DNA from: Paraspadella gotoi
Lineage: Eukaryota > Animalia > Chaetognatha
Direction of reading: 5' to 3'
Length of the DNA: 64,000 nucleotides
Assembly: GCA_051294375.1 (NCBI GenBank)
Contig: CM119264.1
Location: forward strand, 975,923-1,039,922
Numbering within the stretch: position 1 is the first letter of the stretch; each line of letters opens with the position of its first letter. This document shows positions 63,239 to 64,000 of this stretch, piece by piece. The notes under the pieces are model-generated. The model made no database searches. It had not been told where the DNA came from and saw nothing but the letters and a program-made list of their open reading frames with translations. The position numbers and the translations under genes were made by a program.

Positions 63239-64000
63239 GTAAGTGAGAGGTAAGGAAAGGTAAGGCCTCGAATTGCGTCTATGAAGGATCGGGCAGGAGT
63301 GGGTAGAACATTTTGAGTTTCTATTTTCGCAGAGCCACCCATTTCTATTCTGGAATTTAATTTTAACCTTAATTTTAAATTTTAAAATATCCCCAAACTT
63401 TAAATCTAATTCATAACATTAAAATTTAATCCTAATCGCGAACATAACTTAATACTAAACCCTAACACCTGATCCCAAAACTTAAACCCTAACCCTTAAA
63501 CTTAAACCCTAGTCCTTAACCCTAGTCCTTAACCCTAATCTAGTTCTTAACTCTAATCTAGTTCTTAACCCTAATCTAATCCTTAACCCTAATCTAATCC
63601 TTAACCCTAATCTAATCCTTAACCCCAATTTTCATAAAATAGTTAATTAAAAATATTAACCTAAAAATTTAAGGTTTAAGCGGGGCGTTCTGGGAAAATA
63701 ATGCCAGGTAAGATCCTCTTCAGAAGCTTTGCACATCAGGACATGAGGTCATTCAAAGGCCATTGGGTCGATATGGTCAACAAAGGTTGGAATAGGTCAA
63801 TTTACATCAATTTACATCAATAGATCAATTTACATTGGTGGAAGGTGGCAAAAAATATTGGACAGGGCACCGGAAGGATTGCGGGAAAAATCCGAATCAG
63901 AACACATTCCGTTACAACTTAGAACTTTGAGTGAACCAGGGATGTAAAATTAAAAGAAAGCTATTTCGTTCTTCCATTGGGACGTGGCCATTGGGGGAGG

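Overview
AT-rich, microsatellite-dense eukaryotic (probably invertebrate animal) genomic DNA. Almost all ORFs in the supplied track are artefacts of (AG)n, (TCG)n, (CAT)n and satellite repeats. The real genes are spliced and were rebuilt by hand from splice sites and exon phases. (1) + strand, 388-27439: a KIF21-type (kinesin-4) motor gene whose 5' end lies upstream of the window; it has a short stalk and apparently no C-terminal WD40 domain. (2) - strand, 32491 to at least 61870: a convergent multi-exon gene encoding a long low-complexity tail, a coiled coil resembling the KCNH (EAG/ELK/ERG) K+ channel assembly domain and a C-terminal PDZ ligand (-ETTDL); its 5' part is outside the window. 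(3) + strand, 62903-63238: a small gene missed by the ORF track, encoding a signal peptide and a 4-Cys peptide followed by a GKR amidation/cleavage signal (ECECGMMYCNKACS-GKR), apparently nested antisense in an intron of gene 2. This is the most interesting object in the window. Mobile DNA includes a hAT MITE inserted into its own inverted copy, a 3-kb TTAA-flanked Kolobok-like insertion with its empty site visible, solo LTRs, a MITE family with telomere-like cores, and a highly structured ~260-nt insert. The region ~38.4-61.9 kb consists of direct and inverted re-copies with scattered 1-nt indels and N gaps and is probably partly an assembly artefact. Family assignments rely on motifs recalled from memory; no database search was run.
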